From Syntrophales bacterium (GTDB lineage: Bacteria > Desulfobacterota > Syntrophia > Syntrophales > UBA6807), in contig JAXGPA010000005.1 of assembly GCA_040767195.1 (NCBI GenBank), positions 81,426-145,425 on the forward strand: DNA of 64,000 nt, given 5' to 3'. Positions 37,539 to 47,100 of this stretch are shown in pieces. The notes beneath the pieces are model-generated. The model did no database searches. It had not been told where the DNA came from and saw nothing but the letters and a program-made list of their open reading frames with translations. The translations under genes were made by a program, and so were the position numbers. Each line of letters begins with the position of its first letter. Position 1 is the stretch's first letter.

Positions 37539-38552
37539 ATGGTCCGGGAAGCCATGCTCTACGAGAAAAAGGACGACGGCCGGGTCGTCTGCCGCCTGTG
37601 CGCCCACGGCTGTGCCATCGCCCCCGGAAAAAGGGGGATCTGCGCCGTCCGGGAGAACCGGGAAGGGGTGCTTTACACCCTGAATTACGGGCGCGTCGTC
37701 GCCGAGAACGGGGACCCCATCGAGAAGAAACCTTTTTTTCATTTTCAGCCGGGGTCCCGCTCCTATTCCATTGCCGCCGTGGGGTGCAACTTTCAGTGCC
37801 GGTTCTGCCAGAACCATGAGATTTCCCAGATGCCACGGGAAACGGGACAGGTCGTTGGAAGGCCGACGGACCCCTCGGCCGTCGTGAGCCGGGCCCTGGC
37901 GTCGGGTTCCCGAAGCGTGGCCTACACCTACACGGAGCCGACGATTTTCTTCGAATTCGCTTACGACACGGCGAAACTGGCCCGGGAGAGGGGCCTTCGA
38001 AACGTGTTCGTCACGAACGGGTACATGTCCGGCGAGGCCCTTGATCGGATCGAGCCTTTTCTCGACGGGGCCAACGTGGACCTCAAGGCCTTTACCGATG
38101 TCTTTTACCGGAAATACTGCGGTGCCCGGCTCGATCCCGTCCTGGAAACATTGAAAAGAATGAAGGAAAAAAAGATCTGGGTGGAGGTCACGACCCTGAT
38201 GATCCCCAGCCTGAACGACGATCCGGGGGAACTCTCGCGCATGGCTGAATTCATCCGCACCCTGGGGCCGGAAACCCCGTGGCACATCAGCCGGTTCCAT
38301 CCCCAGTACCGGATGCGGGATCTTCCCCCGACGGATGTACGGAAACTCCATGAAGCCGCCCGGATCGGCAAGGCGGCGGGCCTGGAGCACGTCTACACGG
38401 GGAACATTCCCGGGGACGACTGGGAGAACACCTTCTGCGCCCACTGCGGGGAGCTGCTGATCCGCCGGACCGGTTTTCACGTCCGGGAATCCCGTCTCGA
38501 GAACAGCGCCTGTCCCCGCTGCGGGACCCCCCTGGCGGGTCTACTCGGCTGA
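37539..38552 (+). CDS. amrS: AmmeMemoRadiSam system radical SAM enzyme
   Basis: C.LC.H.C, DPIEKKP.FHF.PG, GCNFQCRFCQN.EIS, AYTY.EP, HISRFHP.Y, terminal CxxC pairs. Confidence 0.92.
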   Translation: MVREAMLYEKKDDGRVVCRLCAHGCAIAPGKRGICAVRENREGVLYTLNYGRVVAENGDPIEKKPFFHFQPGSRSYSIAAVGCNFQCRFCQNHEISQMPRETGQVVGRPTDPSAVVSRALASGSRSVAYTYTEPTIFFEFAYDTAKLARERGLRNVFVTNGYMSGEALDRIEPFLDGANVDLKAFTDVFYRKYCGARLDPVLETLKRMKEKKIWVEVTTLMIPSLNDDPGELSRMAEFIRTLGPETPWHISRFHPQYRMRDLPPTDVRKLHEAARIGKAAGLEHVYTGNIPGDDWENTFCAHCGELLIRRTGFHVRESRLENSACPRCGTPLAGLLG

Positions 38553-38819
38553 CCGGTCCTTTTCCCCGTCTTTATCCTCCCACGCCAGGTCTTCCTCGTC
38601 ATAGGAGCGGGAAAGGACGGAGCGGGCGAGAAGCAGCGCGCTTCGGGGCACCAGGACCTTCACTTCCCCCAGCCCGTCCAGGGTCAGACCGTAAAGGGCG
38701 CCCACGGCCTCGTACCGGAGTTTCGTCGGTATTCCTTCCGCCTCGAGCCGCCCCGCCACGATCCGCGCCGGCACCATGCCCTGGGCGAAGTAGATCACCT
38801 CCCAGTCCCGGTCTTCCAT
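38541..38819 (-). CDS. DUF2007-like small protein
   Basis: A.IV.G.LEAEGIP...GEVKVLVP...A..L pattern. Confidence 0.75.
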   Translation of the reverse strand: MEDRDWEVIYFAQGMVPARIVAGRLEAEGIPTKLRYEAVGALYGLTLDGLGEVKVLVPRSALLLARSVLSRSYDEEDLAWEDKDGEKDRSAE

Positions 38820-38823
38820 GAGA

Positions 38824-39813
38824 TCAATCCTTTCCTGTCAGAGGGGACGACACGACGATCCTGATGTAACCGTCCAGGCTGTCGCCGTTTTCGTCCTGCC
38901 CGCCCAACCCGGGCAGGCGAAGGGTCGTCCCGTCCCGGACGCCGGGGGGGACGGATACGTGAAACAATTTCTTCCCGCCCCTTCCGGCAAGGCCGATCAT
39001 TTTCCGGGTTCCCTGGGAGGCCTCCCGGGGCGTGATGGAAAGCGTGCCGACGAGACGGGGTCTTTCACCATCCCTGTCGGGATGAATGACCCGGATCCGG
39101 GGCGTAGTCCTGCGGGCGGTGGCCTGCTCGAGAGCGGCGAAAGCGGCGAACCGGGGAAAGAGGTCAAAGGCTTTCAGGAAAAGGATGCCGAAGACGAAGC
39201 CGCCGATGTGGGCCCACCAGGCGATTCCCCCGCCCGCCGTCCCGGACAGGGTGGCGGAGAGGAACTGGAAGAGGAACCACAGGCCCAGAAAAAAGGCTGC
39301 GGGGAGTTCGAAGAAATAGGGGATGAACAGAATGGGAACGAGAGTAAGCACCCGGGACCGGGGATAGAGCAGGAAATAGGCCCCCATGACCCCCGCGATG
39401 GCCCCGCTCGCCCCGATGGTGGGCATGGCGGACTGGAGGTTGAAGAGAAGGTGGGTCATGCCCGAGGCCCACCCGCAGAAAAGGTAAAACAGGAGGTAGC
39501 GGAGATGGCCCAGGTGGTCCTCCACGTTGTCGCCAAAAATGTAAAGGAACCACATGTTGCCCAGGATGTGCCAGAAACCGCCGTGAAGGAACATAAAGGA
39601 AAGAAGGGAGAAAACCTGTTCGGAAAAGGTGAAGTGAGCGGCGATTTCAGGGATGGTGAACCGGGCCGGGACGAGGCCGTAAAGAAAGACAAACTGGTTC
39701 AGGTGCGGTCCCTGGGACAATTGGACGAAATAGACGAAAACGTTGAGGGCGATGAGGCCGAAGTTCACGAGAGGGAAGGTCCGGGATCGGATGGTGTCTC
39801 GAAGCGGGATCAT
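38824..39813 (-). CDS. Rhomboid intramembrane serine protease fused to a DnaJ C-terminal-like domain
   Basis: MIPLRD, MFLHGG..H..GNM, GASG, AWWAHIGGF; tail ITPREA..G...VSVPPGVRDG..LRLPGLG. Confidence 0.88.
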   Translation of the reverse strand: MIPLRDTIRSRTFPLVNFGLIALNVFVYFVQLSQGPHLNQFVFLYGLVPARFTIPEIAAHFTFSEQVFSLLSFMFLHGGFWHILGNMWFLYIFGDNVEDHLGHLRYLLFYLFCGWASGMTHLLFNLQSAMPTIGASGAIAGVMGAYFLLYPRSRVLTLVPILFIPYFFELPAAFFLGLWFLFQFLSATLSGTAGGGIAWWAHIGGFVFGILFLKAFDLFPRFAAFAALEQATARRTTPRIRVIHPDRDGERPRLVGTLSITPREASQGTRKMIGLAGRGGKKLFHVSVPPGVRDGTTLRLPGLGGQDENGDSLDGYIRIVVSSPLTGKD

Positions 39814-39972
39814 GGCACGTCATGGATGTCCGTTCTTGTTTTCAGCCCGGCGGGACCGGGCTGGCTCATTTATACCTGCCTCCGGGGGAAAATGCAATGA
39901 ACGGGGCCTTTCGGCAAGGCCCTGAAAAGAGGGAACGGGCCGGCGGTTTTTTCCCGGCGGTTCGGTCAGGCG

Positions 39973-40002
39973 AAAAAAAAGGGCGGGAAATCCCGCCCTT
40001 TT
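39973..40002. terminator. Intrinsic terminator (bidirectional form)
   Basis: A8-GGGCGGG-AAAT-CCCGCCC-T4 just downstream of the 40021-40614 gene. Confidence 0.85.
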
Positions 40003-40020
40003 CCACAGCCATGAAAACGA

Positions 40021-40614
40021 TTACTTTATAAAAGGCTTGGGAATGGGGTAAATGGCTTTGCCGTACACGGTGTTGCACGTGATGGCTCCGGCCATGTAGA
40101 TCCCCATCCAGCCGACGATGATCAGCAGGTAGCCCACGACGGGCTTCCAGGTGGCCGGGTCGGCGAGCCCCAGGTCGAGGAATACGATGACCCAAAGGAC
40201 GATGTCGACGAGGATGACGAGAATCGGCATGACCTTGGTGGACTTGAAATAGGCCGGGGTGACCGCCGTGAGGAATCCCGCACCGGCCATCCAGCACCAG
40301 CCTTCCACGTAGGACAGGGGCTTCAGGCTGAAGGTGATGAGCATGAACTTGGCGAAGACGCTGAGCGCCGCGGCGAACATGAAGAAAGCGGAGAAGAAGA
40401 GGAACACGTTACCGCCGGTGATGTTGTGGTCTTTCAGTTCCATGACCGCCGTCGTGTACTGGACGATGCCGCCACCGATGAGCCAGGCGGCGAGAAGAGG
40501 CAGACCGCCGAGTCCCACCTTGCCAAGAAACACTGCTCCGAAACCGAAGCAGGCCACGGCCAGGGCTGCGAGACCGGCCGGACCGGGAGATGCAAAAGTA
40601 TGTTCCTGTGCCAT
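40021..40614 (-). CDS. GPR1/FUN34/YaaH (SatP) family acetate channel, copy 2
   Basis: FASPGPAGL..L...F (variant of the NPAPLGL signature), GG..Q, six TM helices. Confidence 0.85.
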   Translation of the reverse strand: MAQEHTFASPGPAGLAALAVACFGFGAVFLGKVGLGGLPLLAAWLIGGGIVQYTTAVMELKDHNITGGNVFLFFSAFFMFAAALSVFAKFMLITFSLKPLSYVEGWCWMAGAGFLTAVTPAYFKSTKVMPILVILVDIVLWVIVFLDLGLADPATWKPVVGYLLIIVGWMGIYMAGAITCNTVYGKAIYPIPKPFIK

Positions 40615-40985
40615 AATGACGCCTCCTTATTGATATGCTGAAAAAATTGAAATGTTCGGAAAAATGACAGAAATCCAACAACCCCTTTTCGCGTGTTTCA
40701 ACAGGCGGCAGTGACGGGCCATCCCCCCTTTCTTCCCGTGGATTTCTTCCATACCCGGCCTTATCCCTTTTTGACGGGAACGCCCGGGATGGAAGATGAC
40801 GGGTAACGCTTTCAAATGCTTTATAAATGTGTGTTTAAGAGAAATCCCCCTTCGGGAGGCCTTGCCATTGCTACCAAATTCAAGGAGGGATGTCAAGAAA
40901 TAAGGAATAATGCGGTTACAGAAGGACTGCGCCTCGGAAGTAGTTGTAAAACCTCATCATAACATGTGGTGTTTCGGGAAAAAGT

Positions 40986-41020
40986 AAAAAAGGCAGGAGA
41001 TTTCTCTCCTGCCTCTTTTT
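40986..41020. terminator. Intrinsic terminator
   Basis: AGGCAGGAGA-TTTC-TCTCCTGCCT flanked by A and T runs, downstream of the 41055-41651 gene. Confidence 0.8.
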
Positions 41021-41054
41021 GCGGAAAGTCCGGCTTCCGCCGGCGCTTTCGTAT

Positions 41055-41651
41055 TTATTTGATAAAGGGCGATGGGACCGGGTAGACCGATTTCCCGTAG
41101 ACCGTGTTGCACACCACAGCGCCGGCCATGTAGACACCGATCCATCCAGAGACGATGAGGAGGTAGCCCACGATGGGTTTCCAGGTGGCGGCGTCGGCAA
41201 TGCCCAGGTCGAGGGTCACGATGATCCACAGGACGATGTCGATGAGGATGACGAGAATGGCGATTGCCTTCGTCGACTTGAGGTACGCCGGGGTGACCGC
41301 CGTGAGGAACGCCGCGCCGGCCATCCAGCACCAGCCTTCCACGTACGCCAGGGGCTTCAGGCTGAAGGTGATGAGCATGAACTTGGCGAAAACGCTCAGC
41401 GAGGCCGCGAACATGAAGAAGGCGGAGAAGAAGAGGAACACGTTACCGCCGACGATGTTGTGGTCCTTCAACTCCATGACCGCCGTCGTATATTGAACGA
41501 TACCCCCGCCAATGAGCCAGGCAGCCAGCAACGGTAACCCCCCCAGGCCGACTTTGCCAAGAAACACCGCGCCAAAACCGAAACACGCCACCGCAAGAGC
41601 GCCCAAACCAGCCGGACCGGGTGATGCAAATGTATGCTGCGTATGTGCCAT
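41055..41651 (-). CDS. GPR1/FUN34/YaaH (SatP) family acetate channel, copy 1
   Basis: Close paralogue of 40021-40614 with the same motifs; AGGAGG RBS. Confidence 0.85.
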   Translation of the reverse strand: MAHTQHTFASPGPAGLGALAVACFGFGAVFLGKVGLGGLPLLAAWLIGGGIVQYTTAVMELKDHNIVGGNVFLFFSAFFMFAASLSVFAKFMLITFSLKPLAYVEGWCWMAGAAFLTAVTPAYLKSTKAIAILVILIDIVLWIIVTLDLGIADAATWKPIVGYLLIVSGWIGVYMAGAVVCNTVYGKSVYPVPSPFIK

Positions 41652-41993
41652 AGATGAGTCCTCCTTTTTTTATCTTTTTTCATGTCGAACGATTGCCAGT
41701 ATAAACTCCCCTTTAAAAACCCCCGTTCGCTTCTTGGCCGTCACCTCCTTTCTCTTTAAGGATTTTCCCTCCTTTAGGGCTTATGGAAACCGATGATTAC
41801 GTTGACACCCCCCCTGAAAAAGACGCCGCAAGCGGCCCGCTTGATGTGGCGCAGTCTCGAAAAATAAAAGCGACTGCGCACAGCGGTTGGATAACAAATT
41901 TATTGAAACCTTGTCAAGGGAAAAAGAACCCTGTTCCCGTTGAAAAATCCCGATCCTCCGGCCCTGTTTTTCACCGTCGCCGGGGTCGTTCGT

Positions 41994-42176
41994 TTACCAC
42001 TCGAAATAGCGGATGAAGATCACTACGAAACCGAGAAACCAGAGGATGAAGAAGATCAGGTAGCTCGTGTCCCGGTTCAGGTTGAGAAAAGTCTTTTTCG
42101 AAAGGATGGGGTACAGGTCCTCCGCCTTCTCCGGCCGGGGCGCGGGCGTTTTCAGCCCCTTGTTCTTGCGCTTCAC
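41994..42176 (-). CDS. Small single-pass membrane protein
   Basis: GGAGG RBS before GTG at 42176; 60 aa with a C-terminal hydrophobic helix. Confidence 0.55.
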   Translation of the reverse strand: MKRKNKGLKTPAPRPEKAEDLYPILSKKTFLNLNRDTSYLIFFILWFLGFVVIFIRYFEW

Positions 42177-42303
42177 CAAATTCCCTCCCGTCACGTTTGG
42201 TCTTATCTTGAGGGGAAAGAAGGTTCCTGTCAAGAAAAGAAAACAGAAAAGAAAACGTGAAAAGAAATGTGAAAACCGGGGAGGGGAGAGGGCGCCGGAA
42301 AAG

Positions 42304-42331
42304 AAAAGGCCCGGCGTGGCCGGGCCTTTTT
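42304..42331. terminator. Intrinsic terminator
   Basis: AAAAGGCCCGG-CGTGG-CCGGGCCTTTT downstream of the CoA-transferase gene. Confidence 0.85.
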
Positions 42332-42359
42332 CGGTGCGTTCTCGGTTTTGGACGATTCG

Positions 42360-43871
42360 TCATTTCCCGTTCTGGTAGGGGTCCCAGTCGTAACCCCAGA
42401 GCATGCTGTTGGAAGGGGTCTTGTAGTCCCGTCTCTTGTCATAGGACGGGTACTTTCGGGTGACGCCCTCCTTGACCTGCATGGAAACGGGGAACTTGGG
42501 CGGCAGGAGGCCGTGCTCGCGGGCTTCTCTTTCCAGCCATTCCCTGTCGTCGGGGTGGGCGATGGAAATGAGGGACGCCGCCCTCTCGTAGCCGTTCAGG
42601 CCCCGGAGGTTGACGATGCCGTACTCGGTGCAGATGTAATTCGAGAGCTGGGCCGGGACATCGACGGTACTTCCCTCGGGCATGAAGGGCACGATCCGGG
42701 ACGTGCCGTGCTTGCTTCTCGACGTCATGGAGGCGACGCCCCGCCCGCCCCGGGCCTGGGCGCAGAAGGAAACGAACTGGAAATAACCGCCGGAACTCGA
42801 GATGGGCCGCTTCTCGTAGAAACCGCTGCACTGCTGGCCGAGGAGGTCCACGGCGACGCAGTTGTCAATGGCGATCATGTTGTCGATCCGGGTGAGGTTG
42901 TGTAGATTGTTGGTGTAGTCGATGTCGTAACAGGCCATGTTCTGGTTCCGGTGAATCGTGTCGTAATACCACTGCACGTCCACGGGGAAGGCGAAGGTCC
43001 AGACGCTCCGGCCCCTGTCGAGGGTCTTGTACCGGTTGGTCACCTGGCCCGATTCGATGAGCTTGATGAGCCCGTAGTTGAGCATCTCCGTGTGGATGCC
43101 CAGGTCCTTCAGACCGGCGTCGGCCATGGCGGCGACGCAGGCCGAGGGCAGGGAGCCGATGCCGAGCTGGACCACGTCCCGGTCCCGCATGATGCTGAGG
43201 ACGTGCTCGGCGATCTTCTTCTCGTCGGGCTTGGGCTGGATGGCCTTTTCGTTGATCTGCGGCCACTTGTACTTCTCCACGTCCACCTCGACCCAGTAAT
43301 CCACGTCGTCGATGCCGATGGTGTTGAACCGGCCGCCCTCCGCCCACGGGTAGTCGGAGCGGACCTCGACGACGCACTTCTTCGCCGTCTGGCGGAATAT
43401 GTTGCAGTTGTTGGTGCCGTAAGACCAGTTGAAAAAGCCGTGCTCGTCCGGCGGCGTCGCCGCGTTGAACCACCAGTCGATGCCCCGGTCTTCCGGGGCT
43501 CCCGCGAAACGGTAGTGATGCCACCACATGCCCATGGTCCATCCCCACTGGGCCCAGCTGGTGACGTTGTTCGTGTCCCGCGCCCTCCGGCTCCAGGGGA
43601 AAAAGAAGAACTCGTGGAAGCAGTGATACTGCTGCAGGGGATCCACCTGCTGGAATTCCGGGTGGGGGTAAAACATGGCGTAGTTCCATATTTCGATGTC
43701 CTTGAGCTGGCCGGGGCCGGGGCCGATTCTGGTGGCGAGTTCGCTCATGCACTCGGTGGAATCGCCGCCGACGCTGCCCGAGTTGATCCAGTCCCCGGAC
43801 TGGACCATGTCGAGGATCTGCTTGGCCGTCCTCTTTTTATCGCGGATTTTCTGTTGTATCGGTGTCGTCAT
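42360..43871 (-). CDS. Acetyl-CoA hydrolase/transferase family (family I CoA-transferase, 4-hydroxybutyrate/butyrate type)
   Basis: PPDEHG.F, IAEHV, QLGIG.LP, DLGIHTEM, VDL.GQ, SRIVP, TEYGIVNLRG, LISIAHPD.RE.L; GGGAGG RBS. Confidence 0.9.
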   Translation of the reverse strand: MTTPIQQKIRDKKRTAKQILDMVQSGDWINSGSVGGDSTECMSELATRIGPGPGQLKDIEIWNYAMFYPHPEFQQVDPLQQYHCFHEFFFFPWSRRARDTNNVTSWAQWGWTMGMWWHHYRFAGAPEDRGIDWWFNAATPPDEHGFFNWSYGTNNCNIFRQTAKKCVVEVRSDYPWAEGGRFNTIGIDDVDYWVEVDVEKYKWPQINEKAIQPKPDEKKIAEHVLSIMRDRDVVQLGIGSLPSACVAAMADAGLKDLGIHTEMLNYGLIKLIESGQVTNRYKTLDRGRSVWTFAFPVDVQWYYDTIHRNQNMACYDIDYTNNLHNLTRIDNMIAIDNCVAVDLLGQQCSGFYEKRPISSSGGYFQFVSFCAQARGGRGVASMTSRSKHGTSRIVPFMPEGSTVDVPAQLSNYICTEYGIVNLRGLNGYERAASLISIAHPDDREWLEREAREHGLLPPKFPVSMQVKEGVTRKYPSYDKRRDYKTPSNSMLWGYDWDPYQNGK

Positions 43872-44051
43872 TGACTCCCTCCCTTGCAATTGGAATCTTT
43901 TCCGCCCCGTTGAGGGGCCTGCCGGATGTGTGGGTAAAAAAAAGTACAGGCAAGAGGCCTGCCCTTGAAACATCAACTGTCTGTCCCGTAATCCGTCTGA
44001 AAAACATTGTCAAGGAAAAAAGGAAAAATGACCGTTCAAATCGCCTTTGAC

Positions 44052-44098
44052 ACACAACATGTTGTATGACCCTCCGGCTCGAGCACATTTTGTTGTGT
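44052..44098. promoter_or_regulatory. Candidate tandem NrdR-box-like operator
   Basis: ACACAACATGTTGTAT at 44052 and a weaker GCACATTTTGTTGTGT at 44083, 31 bp apart. Confidence 0.45.
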
Positions 44099-44185
44099 TT
44101 TTCCTTTACAACTAACGGTTTTTCCACTATAGGTATTTTCACGGACGGCGTTGTCGCGCGGGCCGGTCAGCGGGGGGCAGTGACC

Positions 44186-47100
44186 ATGATCATCAAAAAA
44201 CTTGAAATAACGGGGTTCAAATCCTTCAGGGAGAAGACGGTCTTTCACTTCTCCCCGGGTGTGAGCGCCGTCGTCGGCCCGAACGGCTGCGGCAAGAGCA
44301 ACGTGGTGGATGCCATTCGATGGGCCATGGGGGAACAGCGGGTCCGGTCCCTCCGGGGCAAGCGGATGGAAGACGTGATTTTCAACGGCAGCGAAAGCGC
44401 GCCGGCGGCGGGAATGGCCGAGGTGTCCCTCCTCCTCGAAGCGAACGGGAGCACCTTTTCCGGGACGTTCGGCGCCTTTCCCGAAATCACGGTGACCCGG
44501 CGGATCTACCGGAACGAGGAAAGCGAGTACCTCATCAATCAGGTTCCCTGCCGGCTCATGGACATACGCGAGTTCTTCATGGATTCAGGCGTCGGCGTGA
44601 GGACTTACTCCATCGTGGAGCAGGAAAGCATTTCGCGGCTTGTCGAGGCGAAGCCGGAGGACATCCGGGAATTCATCGAAGAAGCGGCGGGGATCGTCAA
44701 GTACAAGAGCCGGCGAGAGGCGGCCACCCGGAAGCTGGAGGCCACCGCCCAGAACATGGCCCGGTTGAAGGACATTCTTGCCGAAGTCAGAACCCGGCTC
44801 GACCAGGTCGTGAAACAGGTGAAAAGGGTCGAGGAATATCGGAGGCTCCGGGAAAAAGTGAAAGCCGGGGACATGACCCTCGCCTGCCAGGCCTTTTCCA
44901 GGATCCTGGAGAGGAAGAACCTTCTTCTCCGCCGGAAGGAGGACGTCACCGACGGGCTCTGCGCCCTGAAGAGCGGCCTCGGCGCCCGGGAGGCCGCCCT
45001 GGAAGAGGGCCGCCGGGAACTCCTGGAAATGGAGGAAGGCCTGTTCCGGCTCCAGGAAAGCGTTTTCCGGTTGACAAACGAGATACGGACCCGGGAACAG
45101 CGCATCGAGTTCTCCACCGGAAAAATACGGGACCTGGAAGAGAGAAAAGGGAAAGGGGAGCATTCCCTGGCGGATCTCGAGAACCGCAGGGATGAGACGG
45201 TGGAGGAGGTCCGCCAGGGCCGGGAGCTTCTCTCGCAGCTCGAGGGAACCATCGCGGAGAAAAAAGCGGAACTCCTGGAAACCCAGGAGAGCATCGCCGA
45301 CCTGTGCAGCCGGGATGAGGCGGCGGCGGCGGAACAAGAGCAGGTCAAAACCCGTCATTTCGAGAAAATGGCGGAGGTGGGGCGGCTCAAAAACGGCCTG
45401 CAGAACCTGGCGCGGGCCCTCGAGGACCTGGAAAGCCGGCGGGCCCGGGAGACCCGGGAGTTCGAAGAGCTGGAAAGGCGGCTGTCGGAAGTCTGGGAAC
45501 AGTCCTGCCTTTGGACCGCTGACCTGGAACAGGGGCAGGGGGCTCTCGATGACCTTCGGAAAGAGATGGAGTCGGCCGGGGAGAATCTGGGGTGTCAAAA
45601 GCGGGCCCTGGAGAAGCAGAGTGAAGAACTGGCGGCCCTCAAGGGGGAACTGGCGGAAAAGAAATCGCGGCACGACTCCCTCCAGGAACTCTGGCAGACA
45701 TACGAGTGGTGTGGTGAGGGGACCCGGTCGGTCATGGCGGCGAGAAGGAAGGGACGTCTCCCCGCTGAAGGCATCTTGGGTGTCCTGGCGGACCACCTCG
45801 AGGTTTCAAGGGACTATGAACCGGCCCTGGAAGCGGTCCTGGGGGAACGCCTCCAGCACATTCTCGTGAAAGACCATGAAGAGGGTGTCCGGGCCATCGA
45901 TTACCTGAAGGCGACTGTTTCGGGAAGGGGAAATTTCGTGCCCCTGGAGCTCGGGCACAGCCGGAAAGGCCGGGATAGCGGCCAGCTGCCCCGGGGGAGC
46001 GTCAGGCTCAGGGCCTTCGTCCAGGCGAAGGAGCCTTTCGACAGGCTCCTGGACGTCCTCCTGGACGATGTCCTCGTCGTTCCTGACCTTTTCACCGCCG
46101 TCAGTCAGTGGAAAAGAAATGGTTTTACGGGAACCCTCGTCACGCCTGACGGGGACATGGTCGACCGGGACGGGATTCTCGCGGGGGGAACGAGAGGCAA
46201 CGGGAAAGACGGCCACCTGAAGAATAAAAGGGAAATGGCCGAGCTTGCCGAAGCCGTCGCGGCCCTCCAGGCGCTCGTGGAAAAAAAGTTGAAGGACAGG
46301 GAGGCGCTTCAGGAGGCCATCGGGACATCGGAGAAAGCCCTGTCGCGGACAAGGGCGGAAATGGGCCGGCTCGAGCTGGCCGTTCAGGGCAAGAAGAAAG
46401 ACATCGAGCGGCTCGACGGCGAAAGGAAATGGCTGGAAAAGAGGTTCAACGTTCTGCGCTTCAACAGGGAGAGCCTCGACTCGGAAAAGTCCTCGGCGGA
46501 AAAGAAAGTCCTCGATTACCGGGAGAGGCTGGCAGGCCTGGAGGCGGAAGCGCGGGCGCTTGAGGAGGAATTGAAAACGCTCCGGGAGGCGTGGAAGGAA
46601 ATCCGCGGGGACCTGGCCCTGTGCGAGGAGGAGCTGACGGAGGGAAAAGTTCTCCTGTCATCCCTGGAGGAACGGAGAAGGGGCACGGCGTCCCACGTCG
46701 ACCGCCAGGAAAAGATTGTTAAGGAAACCTCGCGGCAGATCGAAGCGATCAAAAGGGACATGGTGACGTGGGCGAAAGAGGTGAGCGGTCTCACCCGGTC
46801 CATCGAGGAGGACGAAAGGGCGCTGAAAGAGACGCTGGGGGCCCTCGAGAAGCGGGAGGAAGAGCGGTCGGCCCTGAAGGCGGCCCACGACGAGAAGGAA
46901 GCGGCGCTCCGGTCCCGGGAAGGGGACATACGGGAATTGAGAAAGAAAATCGACGAAACCTCGGGGGAACTGAACCGCCTGGAAGTGCAGATCGGCCAGG
47001 CAAACTACGAGGCCGACATCCTGGAAAGGGGCCTTTACGAAAAGCACCAGGTTTCCCTGGAGCCCTCCATGAGCGGGTTTCAGGGCCTCAGCGAAGAGGA

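Noticed and set aside
41021..41050. GGAAAGTCCGGCTTCC resembling the RNase P RNA conserved motif
   Set aside because: No room for, or sign of, the rest of rnpB; it lies between a stop codon and its terminator
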